Position numbers and translations under genes: made by a program. Shown here piece after piece: positions 50,291 to 64,000 of a stretch of 64,000 nt of DNA; the stretch's first letter is position 1; every line of letters begins with the position of its first letter. Source of the DNA: Octopus vulgaris (Eukaryota); NCBI GenBank assembly GCA_951406725.2, contig OX597817.1:145576001-145640000 (forward strand). The letters are read 5' to 3'. The notes beneath the pieces are model-generated. The model did not search any database. It saw only the letters and a list, made by a program, of their open reading frames with translations, and was not told the origin of the DNA.

Positions 50291-53200
50291 CTCTATCGTA
50301 CTATTGCTTTTCAACACCTGGCATAAAGCCACCTCCCTCAAAAGTACACCCTTTTCAATCGAAGGGTTTTGGCTTGTGAGCTACTTGGTGACCTCACTAG
50401 TGCTGGTAACACACACACACAAAAAAAAAGCATCCAGTGCACTCTATAAAATGGTTGGCATTAAGAAAGGCTTCTAACTGCAGAAATCTTGCCAAAGCAG
50501 ACATGGGAGCTCAATGCAGTCCTCTGAGCTGTTGGATCCTACCAAACCATCCAAGCCTTGCCTGCATGGAATATGGTTTTCTGAATGATGACGATAACAA
50601 TTATATTTCATAGGAGCATTCATCATCATCATCTTCATCATTTAACGTCCGCTTTCCATGCTGGATGGTTTGACTGAGGACTGGCAAGCCAATGTTATAT
50701 CAGTGATGGTAACAAATGTAAGAAGTCAGTATTTTAAAAAAGTTGAGATGAAATTTGAATTATTTATTTTGTTTCTGCAATCTTGGATTGATATCTTATT
50801 TGTGTTAATTACGTGTCATCTATCTAACCATCTAAGCTTTGTTCTACTTACTACTTTTATTTTGAAATCTTCATCAATTCCTTGTATTCTACAATACTTT
50901 ACATCCAACACTTCTATTCTGATTGCTAATTATGATAGTACATACAACATCCTTTGTCCATGCTGGCATGGGTTGGACAATTTGACCAGGGCTGGCAAGC
51001 TGCACCAGACTCCAGTCTGATTTGGTATGGTTTCTACAGTTGGATGCCCATCCTAATGCCAACCACTCTGAGAGTGTAATGGGTGCTTTTACGAGCCACT
51101 GGCACAGGTGCTATTTGTGTGACACCAGTATCTGCTGCAACTGCGATTTTACTTGGCTTGATGGGTCTTCTTAAGCATAACATAATGTTGAAGATCTCAG
51201 TCATTGTCTCCGTGAGGCCCAATGCTCGAAAGGTGCTTTTTATGAGTCACCGGCACAGATGCCAATTACATGGCACCAACAACTATTCTAAACCAAAACA
51301 TTATCTACTTCTGCACTTCGATTATTCAAGTTATTATTTTTATATCCAGTGGAATAATACCTTAATTTTCTAAACTCTTTAATACTCTTTCTTTGATAGC
51401 TCTATTTTATGCATGTACATCATCTTCTGAGACATGTTAAATAGTCTATCCTTCATAAGAGAATTCTTCAGTTTTCAACAGAGCAGTTACCAAAGCTTGT
51501 ACCACTCAAATAACAACCTACTAGACACAAAGTTTTTGCTAGCTCAACTTCAGCTCAAATTAAACTACTTGATAAATATTTTATAATTGGCAGCCAGCTG
51601 TAAAAACAATTGCTTCAAACAAAACCATTCCACTCACTGCCAGCAAAGAAATGTGGGTGTAAAACAGTAGAATTCTATTATCTAAATAAATCTATCTATT
51701 TACACTTAAGAGAATGTATTTATCATCTTCAATAAATCATTTAAGATGGTGTCTATTTGATGTCTTATGTTTCTGATTAAACTACTGCTACATTTAGTAC
51801 TCTCAGCCTACAGAAGTCTTGATATATATCTAATCACCACTGATTAGACAAAGTGATTAATGCAAGTTTTACTTAAAAGAAAGTTGTGACAGATGTACTT
51901 AAGTGGGAGTGACATAACTGCAGCTTCTAAGAATTTGACTGATGGTAGTAAGAAAGTCAAATCTAAGCATAGCATCATCATCATCATCATCGTTTAACGT
52001 CCGTTCTCCATGCTAGCATGGGTTGGATGGTTCGACCGGGGATCTGGGAAGCCAGAAGGCTGCACCAGGCTCCGGTCTTATCTGGCAATGTTTCTACAGC
52101 TGGATGCCCTTCCTAACGCCAACCACTCCGTGTGTGTAGTGGGTGCTTTTTACGTGCTACCTGCACTGGTGCCAGGCGAGGCTGGCATCGGCCACGGTCG
52201 GATTGGTGCATTTTACGTGCCACCTGCACGGAAGCCAGTCGAGGCGGCACTGTTTGTGAAATATAAATTAAAACCTCTTATGGGGATTTGTGAAGTAACC
52301 TTTTTGTTTTTGCTTAATGTGATCTTATTAGGGAGGGCATAGTTGAGCATGTTTAACTCTGTAGCACCAGATTAGATTACTGTGTCAAATGTAATGTTTA
52401 TTTATTTGCATTTGTTTTGTATTAATCCTACATTGTCTCATAGTTTCAAGATTTTGATGATGTGATTGTTTATATTTAGATTGACATAGTAGGGTAGGTG
52501 TGAGACCAGATCTGGCTGGTTTGAACATAGAACAGGTAGAATATTTGGGCTGGATATTGCTGGTTTAAATGCTAAAGAGTTAAAGATTGAAAAATCACTA
52601 CCAGGTCTTGCCCATATTAAATCATTAAATTTTCAACCGTGTACGGCACTGTGTATAGTTTAGTCACAAAGCTCAACAGCATTATATTTGACTTCACTTC
52701 CCAGGCTAGTAAACTGCTTTTTTATCCTACAGGATTAATCCTTTTGATATCAACCTGCCCAAAACAACCCTTGGCTTTATGGTATAAACGTTTTTTTTTT
52801 TGCAGAGATCTAAAATAAGACCTTCCATCAAACTTTCATGTAAAATTATTCTCAAAGCAACAGCTTAATAATGACAAAGTAATTTGAGTAAATTCTCCAT
52901 TATGTTAAAAATTAATTAAAAGAAAGGCAGTATATTTCAACAGAAATATAACAAAATTTTTTAAGTCTCAAATATAAATTTGCACCAATTTCTATTTTTA
53001 GCCTTCCCAAGACAAAGTTTTATAATAACCAAGAAATATTTCAGTCTCACACAGTTGTTTACCTCTTTAAGTTATAAATGTTTCACATCTTGACATCGTA
53101 AACTCCATTTACTTGATTGTGAATTCTACTATCCATAAATACTGATGTGCTATAATTCTTTCTGACCCTTTACCTTAATATTGCTTCTTTAATGAATTTT

Positions 53201-56200
53201 GCAAGTTTGGTACTTATTGTACTCGTATCTTTTGCCGAACTGCTAAGTTATAGGAGTGTAAACAAGCCATTGCTGTTGTCGAGCAATGGTTGGGGAACTA
53301 GGACAACGCACACACACTGCATGGTTTCTTGGGCAAGTATCTTCAGCTATAGCCTCAGGCTGGCCAAAGCTTTGTGAGTGGATCTGGTAGACACAAGCTG
53401 AAAGTAGCCTGTTTTGTATCTGTGTGTGTTTGTCACTCACCACTGCTTGACAACTGGTGAAGTGCTGGGATTGATTCGTATGACTAATATTCTTCAAGGT
53501 GGTACTCCAGCATGACTGCAGCCTAAAGGCTGGAACAAGCAAAAGATAAAAGACACACACACAGACACCAAGCTTCCACAGCTTCTGTCAACTAAATCCA
53601 CCCACAAGACATTAGTAGAAGGATACTTGCCCTAGGTCCTGCATAGTGGGATTGAACCTGAAACCATAGTTGCCAAGCAAGTTTCCTAACCTTATATGCA
53701 TGCCTGAACCTGTAACCATAATTGTATGAAAATCATTTGCCAGGTACCATTTTTTGTTTAAAAAGATATTTTTCTTAATTACAGAGTAGAGATAGTTTGA
53801 CCAAAGAAATCTGGAATATCAATTACAATTATAGACCTATAATTTTAAAATATAAAAAAAAAAAAAATCAACTATCAATTATTTTGCATTTCAGTAAACT
53901 TCTTGCATGTGAAGTGTATTAGTTACATTGTAACAAACTATATTGCATTAGATCTAAAATTGGTTTGTAAGAGATGTGGTAGGATTAAAGGTGGACTTAT
54001 GATGACAGTATAGAGTCACTTGATGTATAACTGACAGATGTTTCAATATCCTGTAAATACAACTACATTTGAAGAGGGAGGGTTGGCAATAAGCATAAGG
54101 TGTGTAGTTAAAAAGCTGCTGTTGTTTTTCATAACAAAGCCATCCTATCTTTCTCTTCACAGGAAAGAGAGTATACGGTAACGCTGTTAGATTTAATCGT
54201 AATGTTAGACATGCTGAGTTGTCTCAGGAGATCTGAATTGATAGTTGTTTAACTGTTAACGTAAAAAGAAAAAGGTAAACTTATTTACATTAGTAAGGAG
54301 TAAGATGAATGATAACAAATGTTTCTGCTGATATTCAGCCTCAAGGGAGTTGTCTAACTTGCCGGAAATAGCAGTAAAATCCCATTCAGTTCACACTTTA
54401 CGATTTTCAAAAGAGATCATATACCTAGTTATAATGTATCTGAAAATTGCTTTACTCTACCATCCCATTTATATTTTGTTCCCTGTTACTTGCGAGTATG
54501 CCCTGGCACTTTGCCACCATCCCTCTCCTGCTCTCTTGCTCTCTCTCTCTCCCTCTGAGTGGGTAACCATGTATCTTTACAACTCATCTGTTTCTGTCCT
54601 CATACTTGATCTCTCTCTCTTTCAATCACACACCAGATAACCATGTATCTCCTCTACAGTAAGATACCTGTTTCTGTCTCTCTGTCAAATTTTAACCTTT
54701 CATCATCTGGCACAAGATCACCTCCTCCAATACCCTTTCAAAGGATCTTTGTCTTGCAGGTTACTTGGTGACTCTGCCAGTGCTGGTGCCACGTAAAAAG
54801 CATCCAGTCCACTCTGTAAAGTGGTTGGCATTTGGAAGGGCATCCAGCTGTAAAAACCATGCCGAAACTGACCTTGCCTGTGCTGGTGCCATGTAAAATG
54901 CGCTCAGTACATTGTTGGGCTGGCTGGTTGGTGTTAGGAGGGGCATCCAGCCATAGAGACCATGCCAGAACAGACACTGAAGCCTGGGGCAGTCTTCTGT
55001 CTAGCTCGCTCTTGTCAAACCATTCAACCCATGCCAGCATGGAAAGTGAATGTTGTCATCTGAAGAACCTTTAAATCGGAAGTCTGTTGGATCAGGACTA
55101 ACTGGTCTGACAAGAACCATAAGAACTAAACAAGAATTACAACTGATATTCAGTATAATCTAAGTAATGTCTCATTATTTGCATAGTTTCTAATAAATCT
55201 AAAAAATATATGTTGAAAATCTGGCTTTCATTGTAGAATATGTTGGAGAGCTGTAGAAAAAATTTTCAAAACCTAGCAGCATGGTCTAGAGTCAAACAGC
55301 GAATATGGCAAATGACTTCATGCCACTTAGGAAATGAATTTGCTCAGCATGTAGGAAATGAGTTGGTAAAAAACGTAACGACCGGTGCATGCAATAGGTA
55401 AACACTAGGATCTCTGACAATCTATCAGAGATACGAGGCTTAGACATACAGGTGGTAGAGTGAGTACTTGTAAGGTGAATTCCTAATATTGCTGGGCTGG
55501 CTCACTTGAGGGATTAATAGCATGTTATCTGTGTGATCTATTTAGTGTTGGGGGTAATTTTAGAGTGTCAGTAAGAAAGAGCTGGAAGAAAATGACAAAA
55601 GAGGTTCCTCTCTTTTGGGAAAAGACAGACAACAATAATAATTGGTTGTGAAATATGGGCATTGGATGTCGAGGAGCTGCAGAAGCTTGAGAGAAGTGTA
55701 TTAAATATGACCCACTGCATGTACAACATTAACTTGTAAGGAATTCAAAGAACAAGTGAATTGAGAGCTGGGCATGAAAGGCCTCAGCTGAATAAGTGCA
55801 GAAGATCAGTGCACTGGATATGTGGTGTGAATGGACAATGTGTGTTGAGTGAGCTAGATGTAGGTACTTAGTACTGGAAAAAAATATGGGAAAAAGTAGT
55901 GAGATTGTGCATTGCTGATGATAGGGCACTGGATCAAGAGGAGTGTTGATATGCCTTTCTACAGACCCCTGTCCAACCCCTATTTGTACTGGTAACCCTC
56001 CCCCTATTGAGGATCACTGATTTATAAACCTAAAATCTCATTGAATGTAAATGTCAGTCCTAAGGTATTTCCTTCTTGCTCCAATTGAACAGTCAAACCA
56101 GAAACTATTGAAGTGTGTTATGGTAGATACTAATTTTAGGTAAAGGTTATGTAACAGTCTATTAATTACAGAATATTATATTTAATTAAAATTATGATAT

Positions 56201-56265
56201 TGTGGATATTTCTAATATTTTTCACCTTTCAAAATGTTATTCTAAGTGTTTGTTTATATTTACAG

Positions 56266-56376
56266 GCGGCGATCATATTCTTCTAGTAGTTCAAGTAGTG
56301 ATGAAGATCTTATTATTCGTGCTAAACGTCGGGAAGAGGAGGAAAAGAAAGCTGAATTGGAAAAACAGAGAATTTT
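56266..56376 (+). CDS. ARGLU1: ARGLU1 second coding exon, 111 nt
   Basis: tttacag acceptor and TT|gtaagt donor; (R)RRSYSSSSSSDEDLIIRAKRREEEEKKAELEKQRI(L) matches the ARGLU1 REEEEKKAEFERQR segment. Confidence 0.9.
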
Positions 56377-57333
56377 GTAAGTTACTTTCCTTTTGATTGA
56401 TGTTTTGAATTTTCTTCACCTTTTCTATTTGCTGCAGAATCAATTTGTAAATTTTCTATGCATGTAAAAGATACATTTCATTGATGAAATGACATCTAAG
56501 CCTGATTCATTAACCATTGATAATAGATATGTTGCAAATATAGACTTAGTCTGTTTTAAAATAGTCACAGTTCCTTAGAGGTTCTGTTAGTATTAGAAGT
56601 AGTAGTATTGTAGCAAACATTTATATATGTCCTGTTTTAATTTGTTAAATTAAGTGAGCAATAATCTTGTTGGGCTTTTAGTATAATTTAAAATGCAGTA
56701 TTGCCTCTCATGTTGTGTTGGTTCATATTCCTGTAATTTCACACCTATCTCTATTAGATAAATCACTAACACCAATGCATACTCTTTATTCTTTTAGAAT
56801 AATTTATGCCTGCCAAGTTAATGCAGTTGGTGTGCCTTAGTGATATTCATATAATCTTAATATCAACAATGCTGGCAGAGTGGGTGTGAAAAAGAACTTA
56901 GTACAGTTTATTGTAACATCAAAGGAGCTGCCATCTCCTTTCTGTTAACAGATGTTTTGTCTTTTTTATGTCCATGCAGTATGCCACAGTTTACAGTGTG
57001 TTTTTTTTTCCCCCCCAATATGATACAAAGTTCTCAAGTCTGCCCTGATTTTAATTTTCTCTGGTCTACATCTGCTGCACACTGTGCAAACAAAACCCTG
57101 ATATTTTAAACGGTGTTTCTTACTGCACTATATTGCATTATGAGGAGGCTGGATTCACCAATTTGTGTAACAGTGTATAAACGTGTTTATTGTGGATAGC
57201 AGGACTAAAGAAACTCCTTGATGTGACTTGGAGCCTTCTTTGCCACAAGAATAAATACAAAAGAGCATTTTGTAAAAATATGGCTAAGTTCTTGTTATTA
57301 CATAGTAAACAGGAGCAGTGTATTACGGTTTAA

Positions 57334-57552
57334 CCCTTTAGCATTCAGATTACTTTGTCAAATGTAATGCCACTTATTCACATTGTTTTCAGTTAATCAT
57401 GCATTATTCCATACCTTTGAGATTTCAATGATGTAATTGTATGTTTTTAGAATGATATTGTAGGGTTGGTGTGAGAGGCTGGATCTAGTCAGTTTGAACA
57501 TAAAACATGTAGAATGTTTGGACCAGATGTGGTCAGTTTGAATGCTAAAGGA
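57334..57552. mobile_element. piggyBac-type MITE; second copy at 52357-52579
   Basis: TTAA-CCCTTTAGCATTC...GAATGCTAAAGGA-TTAA. Confidence 0.75.
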
Positions 57553-60500
57553 TTAAGTCAGTGACATAGAAGATGGTAGCACTATGTAAAGAATTTTTAA
57601 TAACTTTTTTGATAACATCCACCATGAAGTATTAGTTTGTTTGCTTGATGTCGGTTTTTCTATGCTAACAAGGGTTAGGCAGGGAGGTACTTGAGGTAGG
57701 ATTTTTATGGCTGGATGCTTTTTACCTGTTTTCCAAATAAGGGAATTTTAAATCCAGAGGAATTTAGAAGCTAGTGGATAATTTGAAACAAACTTCAGTA
57801 GTTTCATACCAACTTCAAACAGTGATGTCAACATGTGTAACATTAGCTCACTGCAGATTGAAAACGTTTGCATGAAGTGACACACATGCACTTAAAACAC
57901 ACTTGCAAGGTATTGTTCTGCCAGGGTTGGTAGTAGAAGACACTTGCCCAAGTTGCTGTACAGTGGGACTGAATCCAAACCCACGTAGTTGAGAAATGAA
58001 CTTAACCACACAGCCATGCCTACATTTAACATTATTGCTAAAAATCTATATTGATCCAAATGCCACAATTATTGGAGTAAAATTTCTTTTTCCAATTTTA
58101 ATTTTTTCCTATTTAACAAAATGTTTAAGGTGTAAGTACAAAATTAGTTTAGACTCAGTTGCTAGTCCATTATCATTTGTCGTATCCCCCCTTCTGTCTA
58201 TTATAGTGAACTCTGATCTTTATAAATTACTGACTTCACCGTCTAAACAACTCCATCCATTGTTCTAGTTCCTACATAATACCCATACTGTTTCTTTATA
58301 CCTTAAAACTATTTTGCAAACTGCCACTCTGGTCCTGTTTAGTTTCCAATACACTAACTTCTAACCCAACAAGTTCCATATTAACTACACTTACCTCAAC
58401 TTGACCATCTCTTGTTAGATGTGACTTTAAAAGACAGGTTTGTTTTATAAAGTTATCCCCTTGTCAGTTTTACATTTAAACTTACAAAGACTACAAAGAA
58501 TTTGGTTATGATTGCAGTCATGCAATAGGGGTTGTATGGTTGGTTGCAAAACCTTGGTGAAAATAAAGATTTTAGAACCATTGTCAAATATTACTTGGCA
58601 TTTCATTAAAAATAGTATTATAAGTGTATTTAATTTACTTTAAATCAACATTTCTGATTGTGAGAGCATTTTAAATTCCATATTCTTTAATTTTGAAGAG
58701 TAAATATTACTATACTGTTGTTTCAATGAACATACATGACTTGATGCATTTTGGGTGCCCATAAACTGAATTAAGTATATATTTGATATATGTGTTTGGT
58801 AAATCCTTGATAAACAATGTTTCAGAATATTTATTTTCACTGTGGTTTGTGTTTCTATTGACTTAGTTGACTGACTGTATGACTTCCATTCTATGATTAC
58901 AACCTCAGCAACTATAACAAAACTAAATATATTTAACATAATGTGTTTATATTGCTATTAATGAGTCTGCTAATCACTTGAAACCATAATTTTCTTTTTG
59001 CTTCATCATCTAATCCAAGATGACTAATCTATCTCAAGTTTGATTCATCTACTTTCTAAGGTTCCTTAGTTTAACTATTCTTCAACATATCCTCTGATCA
59101 TCAACTCCTTCTGTTCATCATCCATACACTTTATAGATGCACGTAGATGACTCTTTATAAATTTTCCTATACTCCTTCAAACAACAATAATAATGTCAAG
59201 CAAAAGAGTAAAAAAATATATGTGGGAATTTTATTTTCCAGCAAGTTTAATTTGTATAATACTTTGACTTCATTTGTTGAAAGTAGATCTTAGAGAAAAC
59301 GGTTTCAGTTTAGTGTTTCAACCTGTACTAAGCTCATCTCATCAGCAAGCTGTTTTATGGTGATGTTTTTTTTTTAACATTGTGGTTTAGCTGGTTATCT
59401 GACTTAAACCTTCTGTTAAGAATACATGATCTAGTAGAGTATATAAATCTCTAGTTCCTAAATACTCCAAAAAATGGAACTTTGAACTCCTTGAAATCAA
59501 ACAGTTGTACAATTGTTTGTGTTGTCAGTTATTTTCATTAAACACTTATGCTAACCGTTTGTTTATGCATTTTAAAAAATTAGTTGATGAATAATTGAAA
59601 AGAATTTATTGCTGAATGCTTTTTGATAGTCTCAGTGCAATTTCCTCTCATGTCACAAATGACAGATGAAAGCTCTGTGATTTCTTGTGGAACAACCGGC
59701 ACAGATGATTTGTTTATAATGATCAAATGCTTGTGTTGCGCATTAGCTCACCCACTCCATCAAATCAACATTTTCCTGCACAGGGGCACAGTGTGTCAGC
59801 AATGTGAGAAGTGTTTCACCTGGTCTGGGGATCAAGGCCATAATCCTATGATAGTGAGCAACAACCTAACCACTAGACCTCATGCCTATGTACAACATTA
59901 TTCAGCAGTTTCCGGAATGTGCTACATCTGTCAAAATGCATGAACTTGCAGAATATCATGTTCTGATATCACCGCACCATCCTTCAGAGCAAAACTAATG
60001 TCTTGACTGTAAAATGTATGGGATTACATCCGTCTATACTCTAAGAAAATTGAAGCCTGAACAGGTGCTTGTTCATGTGAACTACATTGTGGAAAATATT
60101 ACCGAAGAAATGGCTTATATGATATTTGTCAGCTTTGCCTTCCACTGATCCTCATCTCTCTGGAGTCAATAAAATAAAGTACCAGTCAAATACTGGAGTC
60201 AGTAGTAACCCCTTCCCTCAAATTTGTTGGCCTTGTGCATAAATTAGAAACAATTAGTGAATTGAAATTTCACAATATTCGGTTAATTTAAAATAGTATT
60301 TTTATCAACACTACCATCATGATTATCTAGTATTTACATAGATTAAAAGGAAATACAATGAAAATAATAGAATTCCAGTTGATTAATCTATTAGGTTTAC
60401 TGAACAAGAATAGTTTTACTGCAATGTGTGCTGTATTGTGATGACTGAGCAAATGGAGTTTAATCTTTCTGATTTTCAACCAGTATCGAAGTTGATTCGC

Positions 60501-62761
60501 AAATAGCCAATAATTGAACCTAAGGGGCTGCATACCTTCATTTTTATTGACTTTATTTCCTTTTAGTTTTCACTGATTTTATGTAAATTAGAAATATACT
60601 TATTTTTAATTTACTTCACTATAGTTTTTAATCATTTTACATACAACCATCATAATCTAAATCTAATATTTCTCTAGATTTTGGCTTGTTGATTTTTTTT
60701 TTTAATGATGTTCTATTAACAAACTCAACATTTTTATTTACAGTTGATATATTGAAGTACATGTTTTTTTTTTAATTATTTAAATTTATTAACTGTTCAT
60801 TACATCCTAATGAACACATCCTAATGAACAAATCCTAGATTTGTAATTTAATAAATTTCATTTACATGCCTACTTTTAGCTGGCATCTTAGAAAATAAGA
60901 ATACTACTTGATAAGTCTTTATTGTAAATACAGATTTAAGGATAGTCTATAATGCTTTATTGACATTATAGATACAAGTCCTGTTTTAAAAATAACTGCT
61001 GTTAAAAATCCTTTTAAATAAAGCAAAAACAAACAAATTATTTAAGAATTTAAAAATAATTTGTGCTTTACTGGTTAGGCTGTCCACACCTTTAATAAAA
61101 GGTAGCTTCTAATAATAGACAGCTGATTAGCCACATTAGAACATGTAGCATCAAGAAAATCTGTTTGACTGTAAAACTCTACATCCAAAATGTCCATGAT
61201 TAGACCATAGCTGGAACACAAAGCAGAAGATATATTTCTAGTTAAATCTGTTTCCCTTTTTATTGATTCATGTATAGAGATAGACTTAAATTTTTATTTC
61301 TTCAAGATGCTGTAACTTGAAAAATTATTTGCTGCTGTTTCCCAAGACATTTTTTTGTCCTCATTAAGCATTTCATGTATTATATGAAAAATGATCCAAT
61401 TATGTTTACGTTGGCTGAAAGAATTTCAGGTGTATTCAATATAAAAAGCAGTTAATGCCAAATAATTCTTTGAAGGTAAGTGTATTTCCTAATTATTTGT
61501 TCAATAGACAGCTGTTGGTATTCTTTGAATTAAAAAAAAATAATAAATCACCCTTTGGATCCACCATCTGAGTAAGAACTTCTCTTCACTATAAACCCTG
61601 TATACAGTACATTGGACTGTTCACTTGATGTTTTAAAATGAAATTTCCATTATTTGGTTTACAAGTACAACAGCTTCAACTCTATTTACTTCCCTCTTAC
61701 TTTGTTCTAGATATCTCCCAATCCTGTCAAGGCTAGGACAGTCTGTTATGTAACATGGCATACAAAATTTCTAGTTGGTCAGGAAAGTATGGATGAAAAG
61801 TAAGATACCTCTGTTCAAATTGCAAATGTGAGATCTATTATAATCTCATGTCTTACCTTCATCTAAAGATTACAAGTAGTTTCCTATCAAATGAGTAATT
61901 ACATAATTAAAAAGATTTTTTCTTAAAAAGAAATGTTCTGTAGGGTTAATATGTAACAACCCTCATAATTTTTTTAAAATGTATATTGATACTCAAAATG
62001 AAGTTTGGTAGGCTAATATACCCCATTATAAATGTTTAAATCAAACCAATTTCATGTCCTTTCTGAAGATTATTAAAAAATTACTAAAACTTTGGTCTCA
62101 CTGTATCAGCCTCACCATTCAACAGAAACTTGTGAGAAGCCATAGGCATATCTCTTTCCGTAAACCAAACCAACAATAATTATACAAAGAAATATGTATA
62201 TAGCCATTTTGACCAAATAGAACTTGACTGTTACTGAATCATTATATCTGCTGCTGCTGCTGCTTATTATTGCATTTTTTTATAATCCTATTTTCTTCTC
62301 ATAAAGCCATAATTTAATTAAAATTACTCTTTGTTTCACAGATTTACTTTTACAGTAGATGTTCCATATTTCTCCTTTTGAGTTTTATTTATTCAGTATT
62401 TGCACTACCTTGTTTTTGGTCCTTACTCAGCATCAAGTCCTTTTGGTTTTATTTTTATTGTTTATAAATTAAGTGCTGTACTTAAACAATTTTTCAGCAC
62501 TTCATCTTTGATTACTGGACCATTTACTGTACAAAAAAATATGAAGGATTACATTTGTTTTAATTATCATCTACCTTTAGGTGTTTATGAAGAATATTAT
62601 ACTGTGATGGATTTTACATATCACACTTGCAGATTTGAATAAATTAGAATAAATTCAAATTTTTAAATGAAATTTTAATTTTATTTTCATTTTCTTAAGT
62701 ATTTTCTTCCAGATTGTAGCATTATATCTTATGGAGAATTTTTTTTTTTTACCTTCATTAG

Positions 62762-62987
62762 AAAACAAAAGGAACTGGAAGAAAAATTGATAGAAGAGGA
62801 AGTAGCTAGGCGTGTAGAAGAGCTTGTGGCTAAAAGAGTTAATGAAGAGCTTGAGAAACGTAAAGATGAAATTGAAGCTGAGGTGATGCGACGGGTAGAA
62901 GAAGCAAAACGAATAATGGAGAAACAAATGCTTGAAGAATTAGAAAGACAACGCCAAGCTGAACTTGAAGCACAACGTCAAAAGGAG
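62762..62987 (+). CDS. ARGLU1: ARGLU1 third coding exon, 226 nt, glutamate-rich coiled coil; gene continues beyond the window
   Basis: polypyrimidine tract plus cattag acceptor; GAG|gtattg donor; [75 protein letters not shown] is near-identical to vertebrate ARGLU1. Confidence 0.96.
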
Positions 62988-63331
62988 GTATTGCAAAGTT
63001 TCAGCTTTTATTTTTCTTTGCTGTTTTCCCCTCAGTTTGGTTTACTTTTCATATTTTACTCTCCAGTTCCCTAAAGAAAAACATCAGTAACTATTGTATT
63101 GATTTTTTTTTTTTTTTTTGTCTTTTAAATTCTAAAATTGATAATCACTTTAGGCTACATTTTGTTTTAAAATGTCTTGTCAAAGTCCTGAAGCTATGTG
63201 TGTTTTGGTAATCTTGTAAATTGCTTTTCACTTTAAATTGTTATGGCTTTAGTTCCATTAAAATTTTCTTTTTACTATTATATATCTACTTAAGTAAACT
63301 ATAATGGTGTGTGTGTGTATGTATATATATA

Positions 63332-63376
<45 letters not shown>

Positions 63377-64000
63377 TTAAATTAGGTCAGCTGTATTGTA
63401 GTATTTTCATAATTAATAGTTAATTAGTTAATTATTTTCCCAAAGAAAGGCTTATTATCTAATTCTATATTAAAAAATGCCAAAACCATAATTGATTAGG
63501 ACTTGGTAACACATTTACTAAATTCATGTAGGTATTTTAAATTGGGAAGGAAAAAAGTCTTTTTTTTTTGTTTTTATTACAAGGAAGAAATTAAGAGTTC
63601 TTATATTTCTTTCTCTCTACTTCCTATGATAATTCATTTTTAGGTTGATATAGTTAAAAACTTTATTCTGAAAAAAAAAAAAAATCATCTCTATCCTGAA
63701 TGTGAACTGTTTTATCGAACATTTCTGTTCCTAACTCTCTTGTTACCGTATTTCTAATAAAATACACTGCCTGTCAATTTTTGGATTAATTTGAAGGATT
63801 TAGTAAAAATATAAGTATAACATTCTTATAACTTATATCTCCTGCATAAAACTACATGGAGGGTTCAATTTTAAATATAAACAACTTAAAAATGAACAGA
63901 TTTATATTAGAGGCAGTTTGGTGTCCAAAGAGTTTAATTTAAAGAAGGAATAAAAGTACTTCCTTGTTGATATTGTGTGACAGTTCTTACCACACACACA

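Noticed and set aside
63560-63645. Possible next ARGLU1 exon beginning GAAGAA after a polypyrimidine tract
   Set aside because: AAG acceptor, and the translation (EEIKSSYISF...stop) does not match the expected conserved EEE..KREELE..LEENN; the true exon is probably beyond the window.

Overview
Eukaryotic, AT-rich, repeat-saturated genomic DNA. The SINE repertoire and gene content point to a coleoid cephalopod, most likely Octopus (inference from recalled repeat families, not a database hit). Two spliced + strand genes can be rebuilt from GT-AG exons. (1) The last five coding exons of SUMF1, the formylglycine-generating enzyme (11264-11386, 13141-13255, 15842-15958, 20451-20510, 27285-27398); its 5' exons lie before the window. 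(2) The first three coding exons of ARGLU1 (41962-42146, 56266-56376, 62762-62987), which continues past the window. The rest is mostly introns and intergenic DNA filled with at least six SINE families, decayed mariner transposons, hAT and piggyBac-type MITEs, CR1, RTE and R4/Dong LINE fragments, and micro/minisatellites. Almost all ORFs in the supplied track are repeat artefacts. The most notable unexplained structure is a set of palindromic elements carrying degenerate minimal hammerhead-ribozyme motifs (about 6.0-6.9, 28.8-29.1 and 34.3-35.8 kb); the last two also have tRNA T-arm-like sequence at the fold. They resemble Penelope-type or retrozyme-type non-autonomous retroelements. Also notable are a candidate poison exon and a retainable intron in ARGLU1, and several local inverted duplications that would form intronic dsRNA.
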